Positions 1 through 9,846 of a stretch of DNA of 50,749 nucleotides are shown here, in pieces. The translations under genes and the position numbers were made by a program. The notes beneath the pieces were generated by a model, which had not been told where the DNA came from, searched no databases, and worked only from the letters and a program-made list of their open reading frames with translations. Source of the stretch: an uncultured Candidatus Saccharibacteria bacterium (GTDB taxonomy: Bacteria; Patescibacteriota; Minisyncoccia; Phycocordibacterales; UBA9973); assembly GCA_964484865.1 (NCBI GenBank), contig CAZAFG010000002.1:1-50749 (forward strand). Direction: 5' to 3'. Numbering within the stretch: the first letter of the stretch is position 1; each line of letters starts with the position of its first letter.

Positions 1-163
1 CTGGCACGCCCATCTGACCGCTCTTATCCATCATGATTTTTCGCTGTTCTGCATCTCCGGCCACATCGTGCTCGGTATAAGCGATATTGTTTTCCTTAAA
101 ATAAGCTTTAGCCATCTGACAGTAGTGGCAAGTTGGTGTTGAGTATATGGTTACTTCTTTCAT
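1..163 (-). CDS. glutaredoxin-like protein (YruB/NrdH type); 3' end runs off the window edge
   Basis: Not in the ORF track because it is edge-truncated. Manual minus-strand translation from the ATG at 161-163 gives MKEVTIYSTPTCHYCQMAKAYFKENNIAYTEHDVAGDAEQRKIMMDKSGQMGVP. It has a CxxC (CHYC) thioredoxin-fold motif and the SGQMGVP motif typical of small glutaredoxin-like proteins. Confidence 0.75.
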   Translation of the reverse strand, partial: MKEVTIYSTPTCHYCQMAKAYFKENNIAYTEHDVAGDAEQRKIMMDKSGQMGVP

Positions 164-171
164 ATAAATTA

Positions 172-204
172 ATATTATCTGGTAATTATGCCTATAGTAT
201 ACCA
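172..204 (-). promoter_or_regulatory. candidate promoter(s) for the glutaredoxin-like gene
   Basis: On the minus strand, TAATAT (172-177) lies 8 nt upstream of the ATG. Alternatively TGGTATACT (196-204) would give a 32-nt leader. I cannot choose between them. Confidence 0.3.
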
Positions 205-225
205 TAGGCCACCGAAGACACAATT

Positions 226-597
226 TTATTTAAACCAACCCTTAAACACTCCAAAAACTCCCCTTTTTTTCTCTTTTACCTCTTTTAAATTTTTATCTTC
301 TACGATTATGATCAGCTCCTCGCCTTCCTTGGCCAAGCCGTAGTTCTCTCGAAATATTTTTTCCTTACCTTTGTCAGTATCTAAATTTTCAATATCGTAT
401 GCAAGTCTCTCTTCTCGTTCTCGTAGCTCTAAAACTTTAGCACTAGCGATATTTTTATTCTTGATAGTTTCGCGAAGTCCACCTAGAAGCCCCGCCACTC
501 CCCAACCGATAACTACCACTAACACCAAAAGCACAAAAATAGCCGGCCAGGCTTCTAGATACTTGGAATATAAAGACTTTTTTTGATATTTCCGCAT
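226..597 (-). CDS. septum formation initiator family protein (FtsB/DivIC-like)
   Basis: 123 aa with one N-terminal TM helix (WPAIFVLLVLVVVIGWGVAGLL), then a coiled coil (LELREREERLAYDIENL) and a C-terminal ...IFRENYGLAKEGEELIII motif resembling the FtsB/DivIC family. Confidence 0.55.
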   Translation of the reverse strand: MRKYQKKSLYSKYLEAWPAIFVLLVLVVVIGWGVAGLLGGLRETIKNKNIASAKVLELREREERLAYDIENLDTDKGKEKIFRENYGLAKEGEELIIIVEDKNLKEVKEKKRGVFGVFKGWFK

Positions 598-725
598 AGT
601 ATGCTACTATTATTGCATGCTTTTCAACAAAAAACACCAAAAGAAAATTCAGTTCATCTGGGCGGTCTTGAGTATCCTCATCATCGTTTCTATGATCCTT
701 TTGTACTCTCCAATCTTTAGATAAA

Positions 726-2528
726 CTAATTTTCCCCGCTCCGCATCATCTTCAAGAATACATCTTGAGGAATATTTACTCTGCCTCGTTCTTTCATTTT
801 CTTCTTACCCTTCTTTTGCTTTTCTAAAAGTTTTTTCTTACGAGTTATGTCTCCACCATACAAGTAGCCAGTGACATCTTTTCTAAAAGCTTGAATAGTT
901 CGAGACGATATAATCCTGCCCAAGGCCTTGCCTTGAATTTTGGTTACGAACATTTGTCTAGGCAAAATATTGTGCAATTTCTCAACTGTCTTCTCAGCCT
1001 CTTCTTCTACTTTCTTTTTTGAAATCACACGAGAAAAAGCTATCACCGGCTCATCAGCTACTAACACATCTAACCGAGTAACATTAGCTTCTCGCATATC
1101 TTCTATCTCATAAGATATTGAGCCATAGCCTGAAGTAGTACTCTTTAACTCATCAAAAAAGTTTCGCATAAGTTCACGGAGTGGCATTTTTACAGAGACT
1201 GAAGAACGGTTATCTCCAAAGTTTTCTGTCTCACCTATCTCAGCTTCGTGATCAAAAAGTAATTGCATGATGTTGCCGATATAGCCAGATGGAGCAATGA
1301 TCTTTGCACTGATCCATGGTTCAAAAACTTCCACTATCTCCCCGTCATCTGGGAAATAATACGGGGAGTATATTTTTTGTTTCTTACCATTCTTAAGTGT
1401 TACTTCGTAAGTAATTGAAGGCATGGTAATAACGAGCTCCAAATCAAATTCCCGTTTCAATCTTTCAGTAATAATTTCCAGGTGAAGCATTCCTAAAAAT
1501 CCACAACGAAACCCTCGCCCCAAGGAACCACTAGATTCTTCTTCAAAGGAAAAAGCTGAATCTGAAAGCTTTAATTTACCTAAAGACGCTTTTAATTCTG
1601 TAAAATCGTCCGCATCTTCTGGGAATACCGATGCCCAAACCACAGGCAGGGGTTTTTCATAACCAGGAAAAGCAGGTAATGGATTTTTAAACATGGTTAT
1701 AGTGTCTCCAACGGATGCAATGCCGGGTTTTTTAATTCCAGTTACAATATATCCAGTCTCCCCTCTACCTAAAAATTCTCTCGGAGTTTCTTCTGGAGAA
1801 AATGTCCCGACTTCGAGCGAAGTAAATTTTTCACCCGAAACTGCAAAAAGTAAATTGTCACCCTTGCTGACCTTTCCATCCAGCACTCGCACAAAAACAA
1901 TAACTCCTTTATGATTTGAGTATTTAAAATCGAAAATGAGAGCTCGGAGATTATTGTCCCCTTGATAAGTTTCAACAGGTGGGGGCACTCTTTTTATAAC
2001 TTCTTGTAGTAGACTCTCTACTCCTTCTCCAGTACGCCCAGAAACCAACAAAACATCTTCAATATTACAACCTAGCAAATTCACAACTTCTTCTCTTACT
2101 TCCTCTACCCTAGAGAGCGGTGAATCAATTTTTGAAAGCACTGGAATGATAGTAAGCCCACCATCACGAGCCATGGCCAAAGTGGTAAGTGTCTGTGCTT
2201 GGACACCTTGAGTCGAGTCTACGAGCAAAATAGAGCCTTCTACGGCCTTTAGCGCTCGAGATACCTCGTATGAGAAATCTATGTGTCCTGGCGTATCAAT
2301 CAGGTTTAAAATATATTTTTGTCCATTCGCTGCATACTCCATTCTGACGGGTTGCATTTTAATAGTAATACCGCGCTCTCGTTCTAGGTCCATCGAGTCT
2401 AGCACCTGATCACGCATCTTTCGTTCTTCTATAGTATGGGTAATTTCAAGCATGCGATCTGCCAAGGTACTCTTACCATGGTCAATATGCGCAATGATGC
2501 TGAAATTTCTTATGTGCTTCAAATCCAT
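726..2528 (-). CDS. lepA: elongation factor 4 (LepA)
   Basis: 600 aa. N-terminal IRNFSIIAHIDHGKSTLADR G1 motif, DTPGHIDF, and the LepA-specific C-terminal region (GYLYGGDITRKKKLLEKQKKGKKRMK-like). Confidence 0.97.
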   Translation of the reverse strand: MDLKHIRNFSIIAHIDHGKSTLADRMLEITHTIEERKMRDQVLDSMDLERERGITIKMQPVRMEYAANGQKYILNLIDTPGHIDFSYEVSRALKAVEGSILLVDSTQGVQAQTLTTLAMARDGGLTIIPVLSKIDSPLSRVEEVREEVVNLLGCNIEDVLLVSGRTGEGVESLLQEVIKRVPPPVETYQGDNNLRALIFDFKYSNHKGVIVFVRVLDGKVSKGDNLLFAVSGEKFTSLEVGTFSPEETPREFLGRGETGYIVTGIKKPGIASVGDTITMFKNPLPAFPGYEKPLPVVWASVFPEDADDFTELKASLGKLKLSDSAFSFEEESSGSLGRGFRCGFLGMLHLEIITERLKREFDLELVITMPSITYEVTLKNGKKQKIYSPYYFPDDGEIVEVFEPWISAKIIAPSGYIGNIMQLLFDHEAEIGETENFGDNRSSVSVKMPLRELMRNFFDELKSTTSGYGSISYEIEDMREANVTRLDVLVADEPVIAFSRVISKKKVEEEAEKTVEKLHNILPRQMFVTKIQGKALGRIISSRTIQAFRKDVTGYLYGGDITRKKKLLEKQKKGKKKMKERGRVNIPQDVFLKMMRSGEN

Positions 2529-2534
2529 AAGGCT

Positions 2535-2543
2535 ATCTTAGCA
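2535..2543 (-). promoter_or_regulatory. extended -10 promoter TGCTAAGAT, 6 nt upstream of the lepA ATG (leaderless prediction)
   Basis: Minus strand reads TGC TAAGAT AGCCTT ATG. No Shine-Dalgarno. Confidence 0.5.
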
Positions 2544-2558
2544 GAAAAACCTTGAATT

Positions 2559-4238
2559 TTAAAGCCCTTCCTGGGGTGGCGCAACCACTTTGGCTCGCCA
2601 GAATTTAGTATGTAAAGTTTTAGCAATATCAGTAAGTTCTTGACTCTTCAGTAAATATAGGATCAGAATACCAGCCAAAATACCTAAAACACCCGAGATA
2701 AACCCTTGGGCCAATATTCCCCAGAAAGTATTAATGTCGAATATACCAGCAAGAAAGTTAAGAGATAGGTATGACACACCTCCTATAAAAAAAGACGCGG
2801 ATAAACTTTGAAAAAAAGTCTTGGAGATAAAATGTTCTCCGGGCATAAAATCTTTTTTAACAAATATCCACAACAACACCAAATTTAAAATAGTTCCGCA
2901 AGAATACGCCAAAGGTAACATCAAGATATCAGTTCCGGAAATGTCTGAAACTTTCAGAAGCGATTCAATAAAGTATTTAAATAAATCTACATTCTTGAAA
3001 AGAAAGAGGAACAAAAGAGAGAAAAGTACAATCGAAGTAGAGGAAATAAAATTCACCAAAAGTGGTCTCTTGGTGTTACCACTAGCATAATAGGTTCTCG
3101 AGAAAAGATGCATCAATCCTTGAGCCACGATAGATATGGAAAATACTGCCAGTGACGCTGCCACCAAACGAGTGTTTTCCCAGGAAAAAGCTCCCGAACC
3201 CAATATGACACGCACGATCTGAGCACGAAGAACGATAAATAAAAATGTAACCGGTAGGGATAAAAATACTATCTGCCTAGCAGTATTCTTGAGCTCTCTT
3301 TTAAAGTCATCCTTGCGTCCTAGAGCAAAAGCTCGAGTCAAAGTCGGAAATGCTGCCACCGAAAATGCAAGACCGATGATACCGAGTGGTACTGACTGTA
3401 AATTCAGTGAAAGATTGAAAATAGAAATAGAACCTCCTTGTAGGAACGATGCAAAAGATACTACTAGAATAAGAGCTATGCTGTTAAAAGAAAGACCTAA
3501 GGTTCTCGGCAAAGATACTAAAACGACTTTTTTAATATCTTTGAAATTAACTCCGACTGAGAAAGTTGGTGAGAAACCGCAACGAGCAGAAGTAAAAGCT
3601 TGAATCAAAAAATGCATCAAAGCGCCTAGAACTATACCGAAAGCTAAACCAAAAATTCCAGCGATAGGATACAAAAACACTATGCCTATGATCACACCTG
3701 CATTGTAAAATAGTGGGCTTAGAGAATAAAACAAAAACTTACGGAACATCTGAGTGATAGACCCAAAGAGATTGGATAGTCCGAGTAATATCGGTGAGAG
3801 TAACATGATACGAGAAAGTTCTACCACTTTTACCTGCATATCAGGCGTAAAACCTGGAACTATCAAACTGGAAATTTCAGGCATCAACAAAAAGACTATC
3901 ACGCACACAGCGATAATGACTGCAAAAAAAACAGTGAAGACATCATTTAAAAACTTTCTTGCAGCTGGGGTCACAGTACCATCAGGCATGCGCTCGAGTA
4001 CAAACGGTATGATGACTGTGACTGAGGCAAGCGATGCAATACAAGTGAATATCAGATCAGGTATGCGAAATGCAGCATAATAGGCATCCAAGATCGGAGA
4101 TGGACCGATCATATGAGCTATGAATCTATCACGAAACAATCCCAGTATTTGCGTCAGGAACGCGAAACACCCAAGGAGAAGAGCCGCTTGATTCACGCTG
4201 CCATACTCTTTGCCGAAAATTCTTAAGATCTTCTCCAT
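2559..4238 (-). CDS. murJ: lipid II flippase MurJ (MviN family)
   Basis: 559 aa polytopic membrane protein. The N-terminal LGLFRDRFIAHMIGPSPILDAYYAAFRIPD matches the conserved MurJ start motif (G..R......FG.....DA...AF.IP). Confidence 0.88.
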   Translation of the reverse strand: MEKILRIFGKEYGSVNQAALLLGCFAFLTQILGLFRDRFIAHMIGPSPILDAYYAAFRIPDLIFTCIASLASVTVIIPFVLERMPDGTVTPAARKFLNDVFTVFFAVIIAVCVIVFLLMPEISSLIVPGFTPDMQVKVVELSRIMLLSPILLGLSNLFGSITQMFRKFLFYSLSPLFYNAGVIIGIVFLYPIAGIFGLAFGIVLGALMHFLIQAFTSARCGFSPTFSVGVNFKDIKKVVLVSLPRTLGLSFNSIALILVVSFASFLQGGSISIFNLSLNLQSVPLGIIGLAFSVAAFPTLTRAFALGRKDDFKRELKNTARQIVFLSLPVTFLFIVLRAQIVRVILGSGAFSWENTRLVAASLAVFSISIVAQGLMHLFSRTYYASGNTKRPLLVNFISSTSIVLFSLLFLFLFKNVDLFKYFIESLLKVSDISGTDILMLPLAYSCGTILNLVLLWIFVKKDFMPGEHFISKTFFQSLSASFFIGGVSYLSLNFLAGIFDINTFWGILAQGFISGVLGILAGILILYLLKSQELTDIAKTLHTKFWRAKVVAPPQEGL

Positions 4239-4249
4239 TCTCAGCTATT

Positions 4250-6376
4250 CTAATTATCTGTTTCCTGATCCTCTTTCGTAGTCACAACTGGTGCTGGAAC
4301 ATTAGCTCCGTTCTTTAAAGAATTTACATAAGATTGTAGTTCTTGATTCCCTGGCAGAAGCGATAACGCACCTTCAGCATAGGACACCGCAGCATCTCTA
4401 TTGCCTAAAGATTTTTCAATTTGAGAAAGTATAATAAGTCCGTCAACATAATCTGGCTTTAGACTTATAGCCATAGATGCAAAGTTCTTCGCCTCAGTCA
4501 TATGACCACCTTGGGCTAGATAGGTTCGAGCGATTAAAAGTTTAATTCCGGGATTATTAGGGTTAAGTTCACTGGCTTTAGTAAGTGAAACGATGGCTTT
4601 GTCATAAGCACCTTCAACACCCAAAGATCCAGCGATATTGTATGTGTTTCCAAGAGTCTGATAATTAAGATAATTAAAGCCATTGTAGTTAGTAGCCATG
4701 ATTGCACTTGATTCAGCAAGACTAAATGCAGACTGGAGAGTCACCTTATCATTCTCAGTCAACTCCGCACCCTTGCTTGCAAGCTGGTTTATTTTTACAG
4801 AGTAAACTTCATTTGCAGTTCGAAGATACAAATCGTTTGGATTGAGTCTGAGAGCTTTCGCAATAGAACCTTCCGCTTCTTCTACAGTTTGAGCACTAAA
4901 AGTACGATTGAAATAAGATATCGAAGCAAATCTTTCAATATATTTAAAAGTTGCTCCTGCAGCAGCGATCATAAGAGCGATAAGTGCCAAGATGAAGAAG
5001 AAACTTTTTCGAGGGTCACTCAAGAAAGCAATCTCTAGTTCATTTTTACCTTTAAAGGAAAGACCAACAAAGATTCCAGTAAGTGCAAAAGCCAAGATTA
5101 GAACCACAGACCCGACTGCGTAAAACCAAGACGCAACAAAGAGGTACAATGCTCCTAAGAAAAATAGAGTCGCATCAGAGTTCGAACCCTTCTTGATTCC
5201 AGAAAACAAAACTCGAACCCCAGAAAGTAGAAATAAAGCAAAGAAAATCACAAAAGCCAGAATACCCAATATTCCTGTATTTATCATGAGAGTTGGTAAA
5301 GTACCAGACCCAGAAGAAAAGTTGGTATTCCAGAATTGAGTCGAATTTATAACTACAGGTTTGTAACTTGCCCAAGACTCTCCGAAACGATTTGGTCCTA
5401 TGCCAAATACTGGATCATGAGCAAGCGCAGATTTACCGACAGTGAGGGTAGAGCTAAAAGAAGGTCGTATTTCGACATTAGCAAGCCCTAAACGCTCGGG
5501 CATTATCCCACCGATAAATTGACCGGACATAAAAAATAGAAGCGACACCATAACCATCGCAAAAGAGAATGCTGGGAAGTAAGCAGTCTTACCCTCTTCC
5601 CTCTTAGTCGCTCCAGAAATAGAAATTTTGTATACAAAGACTAATAAAGCAAATACTCCAATCAATTCCCAAACTAAATTAAAGTTAACCGCTGCAGAGA
5701 GAACTACAGAAAGCAGCAACATGCCACCTAGTACCCATTTAAAAGCTTTTGAAACATTGAAAAATTCAATAGCGAACAAGGAAAGAACACCAAAGAAACC
5801 TGCAAATATTCCGAGAGTATTCCAAGAACCAACAAGATTTTCTGTTTTACCAGAGAGTAATCCAAGGGACAGAAATTCTGGGTAAAAGAATCTAGCTACT
5901 TGAAAAATAAATGCTATACCTAGAGAAAGTAAAAGTCCTAAAAGGATTATCCTGGAACGCTTTACATCTTTGACAGTAACTGCAGTAAAAAGCATTAACA
6001 AAAATAAAGCAAAGACATGCCAGAAAGTTCCCATTTCTAAAATCACACCAAAGAAAGATACTGAGCTAGTTCCGGAGAATAACGCGGAGATAAAGAATGC
6101 AGCCACGATACCTAATCCTGAAAGAAGTAAGGCAGATTTTGGGATAGACAGTTTACCATCAGAGAATCTAGCCGCAGACCACGCAATTATCGCCACAGCA
6201 AGACCGACTACTAAAAGCAGTCCTTTCGAAGACTCAACCGGAATTTTAGTAAAAGGTAAAGCAAATAAAGGTGCTAAAACTATGACGACCGAAAGAGCGA
6301 TAAGTGAAATTCTATCTAAAATATTTGATAACATAGGTATTGTTTGTATTACATGCTCCATGGCAAAAGAAACCAT
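4250..6376 (-). CDS. polytopic membrane protein, O-antigen ligase/Wzy-like, with C-terminal TPR repeats
   Basis: 708 aa. About 480 aa of TM helices are followed by TPR-like repeats (KALRLNPNDLYL..., ASELNPNNPGIKLLIARTYL..., AISLKPDYVDGLIILSQIE...). The family call is by architecture only. It sits next to murJ. Confidence 0.55.
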   Translation of the reverse strand: MVSFAMEHVIQTIPMLSNILDRISLIALSVVIVLAPLFALPFTKIPVESSKGLLLVVGLAVAIIAWSAARFSDGKLSIPKSALLLSGLGIVAAFFISALFSGTSSVSFFGVILEMGTFWHVFALFLLMLFTAVTVKDVKRSRIILLGLLLSLGIAFIFQVARFFYPEFLSLGLLSGKTENLVGSWNTLGIFAGFFGVLSLFAIEFFNVSKAFKWVLGGMLLLSVVLSAAVNFNLVWELIGVFALLVFVYKISISGATKREEGKTAYFPAFSFAMVMVSLLFFMSGQFIGGIMPERLGLANVEIRPSFSSTLTVGKSALAHDPVFGIGPNRFGESWASYKPVVINSTQFWNTNFSSGSGTLPTLMINTGILGILAFVIFFALFLLSGVRVLFSGIKKGSNSDATLFFLGALYLFVASWFYAVGSVVLILAFALTGIFVGLSFKGKNELEIAFLSDPRKSFFFILALIALMIAAAGATFKYIERFASISYFNRTFSAQTVEEAEGSIAKALRLNPNDLYLRTANEVYSVKINQLASKGAELTENDKVTLQSAFSLAESSAIMATNYNGFNYLNYQTLGNTYNIAGSLGVEGAYDKAIVSLTKASELNPNNPGIKLLIARTYLAQGGHMTEAKNFASMAISLKPDYVDGLIILSQIEKSLGNRDAAVSYAEGALSLLPGNQELQSYVNSLKNGANVPAPVVTTKEDQETDN

Positions 6377-6432
6377 GGCGTTATGATTAATAATCGTTCT
6401 TTAAATTATACTACAAGCGGAGTCTCTCGCAA

Positions 6433-8742
6433 CTAAAAAACGATGTTGATAAGTCGCCCCTTCACATAAATAACATTTTTAGGACTAGCTCCTCCAAGGG
6501 CTTTTGAGACTACATCTTGGGAAAGCGCAAGATTTTTTATTTCTTCTTCAGTAGTATCCACGGACACAAGTATTTCTCCTCGCATTTTACCATTGGTCTG
6601 AATTATTATTTTCATTTCATCATCTACTAAAAGTTTCGGATCCGCTACGGGCCAGATGGATAAATGAATCGATTCCTTTTCACCAAGGTCGTGCCATAAT
6701 TCCTCAGTTATGTGTGGTGCAAATGGTGCTAAAAGTTTCAAGAAGGTCTTGAAGTCTTCTTGGCTCACCGATATATCTTTCTCAAAAACATTGAGTAATA
6801 TCATCATCGATGATATGCAAGTGTTAAATTTAAAAAGTTCAAAATCCTCAGAAACTTTTTTTATGGTTTTAGCTAATTGTTTTTGAAAACTTACATCTGA
6901 AACTTCTGACCAAGGTTCTTCCTTATGAGCAAATTTCCAAACACGCTCTAAAAATCTCCTGACACCAACCACACCATTAGGGTCCCATGGGTAGTTGCCT
7001 CCATCTCCATACGGACCCATAAAAGCAAGATATAAGCGCACAGTATCCGCTCCTAAAAGTTTTACAGATTCATCCGGGTCTATAACATTACCTTTAGATT
7101 TACTCATCTTTTCACCATCTGGTCCAAGGATTAGTCCTCGATTTCTACGCACAAGATATGGTTCAGTTTCATTGACCATACCAGTATCATGCATAGCTTT
7201 CACCCAAAATCTAGAATACAACAAATGCATAGTCGTATGTTCAGCACCACCAAAATAAGTATTAACTGGCATCCAGGCATTTATCTCGCTTTCACCTGCA
7301 AATTTTTTTTCATTTTTAGGATCAAGGTAGCGATAAAAATACCAAGAGGAATCCACAAAGGTGTCCATAGTCTCGACTTCAGGAGTCCAGCCTTCTCCAA
7401 ATATTTCTATAGTACGCTTCTTTAATTCTTCACTGCGCGCAAGCGGAGCTGTACCGTCGGGTGTGTGATCCACATCAGTGGGTAGTAACCATGGTAAATG
7501 TTCCTCTGGTACGCCGTGGGCTTTACCTTGTGGGTCATAAACAATAGGAATAGGACATCCCCAGTATCTTTGTCGGGAGATTCCCCAATCACGCAAGCGA
7601 TATGTATTTACAAAATTTCCACCAACTTTTTTAGTAACTTCAAGTTTATCAACCAAGGGTTTATCTGCGACTTTCAATCCGTATATCTTTGCAAACTCAG
7701 CATCTCGCTCATCGTGCGCGGGTACTGCCATCACTGCACCAGTAGCGTAACCTACCAATACATAATCCGCCAACCAAACAGGAACTTCTTCGAGCGTAGC
7801 AGGATTTATCGCTGTGATTCCTTTCAACTCTACTCCTGTTTTTTCTTTTGATTGTTGTCGATCGAGATCTGATTTCTTTTTTGTATCTGATATGTATGTT
7901 TGTACCTCGTCCCAATTTTGTATATTTAATTTCAGAAAATCAACTAAGCCGTGCTCTGGGGCCAGAACTACATATGTAACTCCATGCAATGTATCCGCAC
8001 GAGTTGTGAAAACTTTTATTTTCTCTTTTGAATCTTTTATTGTAAATTCTATCTCTACTCCAACACTACGACCAATCCAATTTCGCTGAGCTTCTTTAAT
8101 ATGCTCGGGCCAATCTAGGCCTTCAAGGTCATCTACTAATCTATCTGCGTACTTGGTAATTCGAAACATCCATTGGTCCTGATCTTTCTGAATCACTTCT
8201 GCTCCGCATCTATCACAAGTACCATTATTCACCTGTTCATTTGCCAGAACAGTTTTATCTTTCGGACACCAATTCACCTTAGTGGTCGCCCGATACACTA
8301 AATCTTTTTTTAGAAATTCAGTAAACATCCACTGCGTCCACTTATAGTACACTGGATCACAAGTCACAACTTCTCGAGTCCAATCAAAACAAGCTCCCAT
8401 AGAACGCAGCTGTCCTCTCATCTTTTCCATATGAGCATATGTCCAAGTTTTTGGATCTTCGCCAAGTTTAATAGCAGCATTTTCAGCAGGCAACCCAAAA
8501 GCATCAAACCCCATCGGGTAAAGTACATTATATCCCTTCATCCGCCTGTAACGGGCATACATATCAGGAACAGAAAAAGCATACCAGTGACCTACATGGA
8601 GATTACCGGAAGGGTAAGAAAATTCCACGAGAGTGTATTGATTCTGCTTACCGGAAACTTTATCTTCCACCTTATACAAACCACTAGCGTCCCATTCTGC
8701 CTGCCATCGTTTTTCTATTTCCTTGTGATCGTAATTTTTCAT
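6433..8742 (-). CDS. leuS: leucyl-tRNA synthetase
   Basis: 769 aa. HVGH (HIGH) motif in SGNLHVGHWYAF, KMSKS motif (GEKMSKSKGN), and the CP1 editing-domain start TTRADTLHGVTYVVLAPEH. Confidence 0.97.
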   Translation of the reverse strand: MKNYDHKEIEKRWQAEWDASGLYKVEDKVSGKQNQYTLVEFSYPSGNLHVGHWYAFSVPDMYARYRRMKGYNVLYPMGFDAFGLPAENAAIKLGEDPKTWTYAHMEKMRGQLRSMGACFDWTREVVTCDPVYYKWTQWMFTEFLKKDLVYRATTKVNWCPKDKTVLANEQVNNGTCDRCGAEVIQKDQDQWMFRITKYADRLVDDLEGLDWPEHIKEAQRNWIGRSVGVEIEFTIKDSKEKIKVFTTRADTLHGVTYVVLAPEHGLVDFLKLNIQNWDEVQTYISDTKKKSDLDRQQSKEKTGVELKGITAINPATLEEVPVWLADYVLVGYATGAVMAVPAHDERDAEFAKIYGLKVADKPLVDKLEVTKKVGGNFVNTYRLRDWGISRQRYWGCPIPIVYDPQGKAHGVPEEHLPWLLPTDVDHTPDGTAPLARSEELKKRTIEIFGEGWTPEVETMDTFVDSSWYFYRYLDPKNEKKFAGESEINAWMPVNTYFGGAEHTTMHLLYSRFWVKAMHDTGMVNETEPYLVRRNRGLILGPDGEKMSKSKGNVIDPDESVKLLGADTVRLYLAFMGPYGDGGNYPWDPNGVVGVRRFLERVWKFAHKEEPWSEVSDVSFQKQLAKTIKKVSEDFELFKFNTCISSMMILLNVFEKDISVSQEDFKTFLKLLAPFAPHITEELWHDLGEKESIHLSIWPVADPKLLVDDEMKIIIQTNGKMRGEILVSVDTTEEEIKNLALSQDVVSKALGGASPKNVIYVKGRLINIVF

Positions 8743-8754
8743 TGACGAAAATCT

Positions 8755-9819
8755 TTACTGTGTAGTGCGAATCATTATTGGCTCTGGGTTAGGGTATGGT
8801 GGGTAGATATCTCGATCGATAGTTCTCTCGAAGCAAGTTCTGCCGGCCTCATGATCCCAAGACTCGTTAGTTCCCCCACCTGGGTAAGGATAAGAAGAAA
8901 CAGCCATATCTCGGCCCTCCATCATCGGCACAATTCCACCCTTACCATAACTATATTCTTGCCAACCTTTTGGCATTGGTAATGCAAAATCAGCACATAG
9001 TTCAAAAGTTAATTTGGCTTCATCTTTGACACTGTACTCATACACTTTACCCTTTTCAAATTCTGGCTCTACCGGGAGAGTAGATCCTGAAATTGGATTA
9101 CTCAAATCGCTCAGAGTTGCTGGTAGGTGTTCTTTTTGTTGATAAAAATTTATCACAGACCATTGGATGCTTTGCAGATCCTGAATTCGACGATCATCCA
9201 AACGAAGTGATCGTTGCTCCATAGGTGAACCCATCACACAAAAACTAAACCAGACTAGTAAGGCCACCCAAATAGTTGCTTTGATTGATGAACCTAAAGC
9301 TACAGAAATACCGAAAAACTTCTCTCGGCCTCGGAGTTCAAACATGTAGTGCACACCTACAAAAACTGCTACAAGCAGAACTGCGATAACTTTAAAAATA
9401 AAACGATTGGTTATTTCTCCAGATACAAAGTATTTTACTAGAGTTACTAGATCAATAGCCACTACCAAACTTGAAAGAAAAAGAATCACATAGATCATCC
9501 ACTTTCGAATAATCTCGTCGATATGGCCTAGGCCATTCAACATTGCCTTTTTCCAAAAATAAGACACAACCAAAAATACTGGGAAAAATATAATCAGGGT
9601 TGCTAGTGCCATCCGCATACCTTCAAACGAATATGTAGAATAACCATATTGATAGTTAGCATTTAAAACATCTGGAAACTTTTTATCCAAAGTGTTAAAG
9701 AATAAATTCAGCGCCGAAACGACTGTGGTGATAAGAGTTATCAAAACTCCAAGGGATAAAAAGAAGAAACCTATGTTTAATTTTGGCTTATCTCTTAATG
9801 CATTTTGTTGTATTTCCAT
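8755..9819 (-). CDS. membrane protein with a C-terminal pilin-like globular domain (DUF5671-like N-terminus)
   Basis: 354 aa. Five to six TM helices are followed by LRLDDRRIQDLQSIQWSVINFYQQKEHLPATLSDL, which resembles the D..R..DL..IQ..L..Y....G.YP motif of type IV pilin-like proteins. It has no prepilin leader. Confidence 0.45.
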   Translation of the reverse strand: MEIQQNALRDKPKLNIGFFFLSLGVLITLITTVVSALNLFFNTLDKKFPDVLNANYQYGYSTYSFEGMRMALATLIIFFPVFLVVSYFWKKAMLNGLGHIDEIIRKWMIYVILFLSSLVVAIDLVTLVKYFVSGEITNRFIFKVIAVLLVAVFVGVHYMFELRGREKFFGISVALGSSIKATIWVALLVWFSFCVMGSPMEQRSLRLDDRRIQDLQSIQWSVINFYQQKEHLPATLSDLSNPISGSTLPVEPEFEKGKVYEYSVKDEAKLTFELCADFALPMPKGWQEYSYGKGGIVPMMEGRDMAVSSYPYPGGGTNESWDHEAGRTCFERTIDRDIYPPYPNPEPIMIRTTQ

Positions 9820-9826
9820 ATCTCTT

Positions 9827-9835
9827 AATATATCA
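9827..9835 (-). promoter_or_regulatory. extended -10 promoter TGATATATT, 7 nt upstream of the ATG at 9819
   Basis: Minus strand reads TGA TATATT AAGAGAT ATG. Confidence 0.5.
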
Positions 9836-9846
9836 TATAAGGAGTC

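Noticed and set aside
598-725. Possible small RNA or tRNA in the larger intergenic gaps (598-725, 45946-46069, 47222-47341)
   Set aside because: I found no cloverleaf-compatible arms or GTTCGAAT-like T-loop, and no strong conserved-looking structure apart from the hairpin at 45909-45945, which is reported separately. Covariance-model scans (tRNAscan-SE, Infernal) would be needed to be sure.
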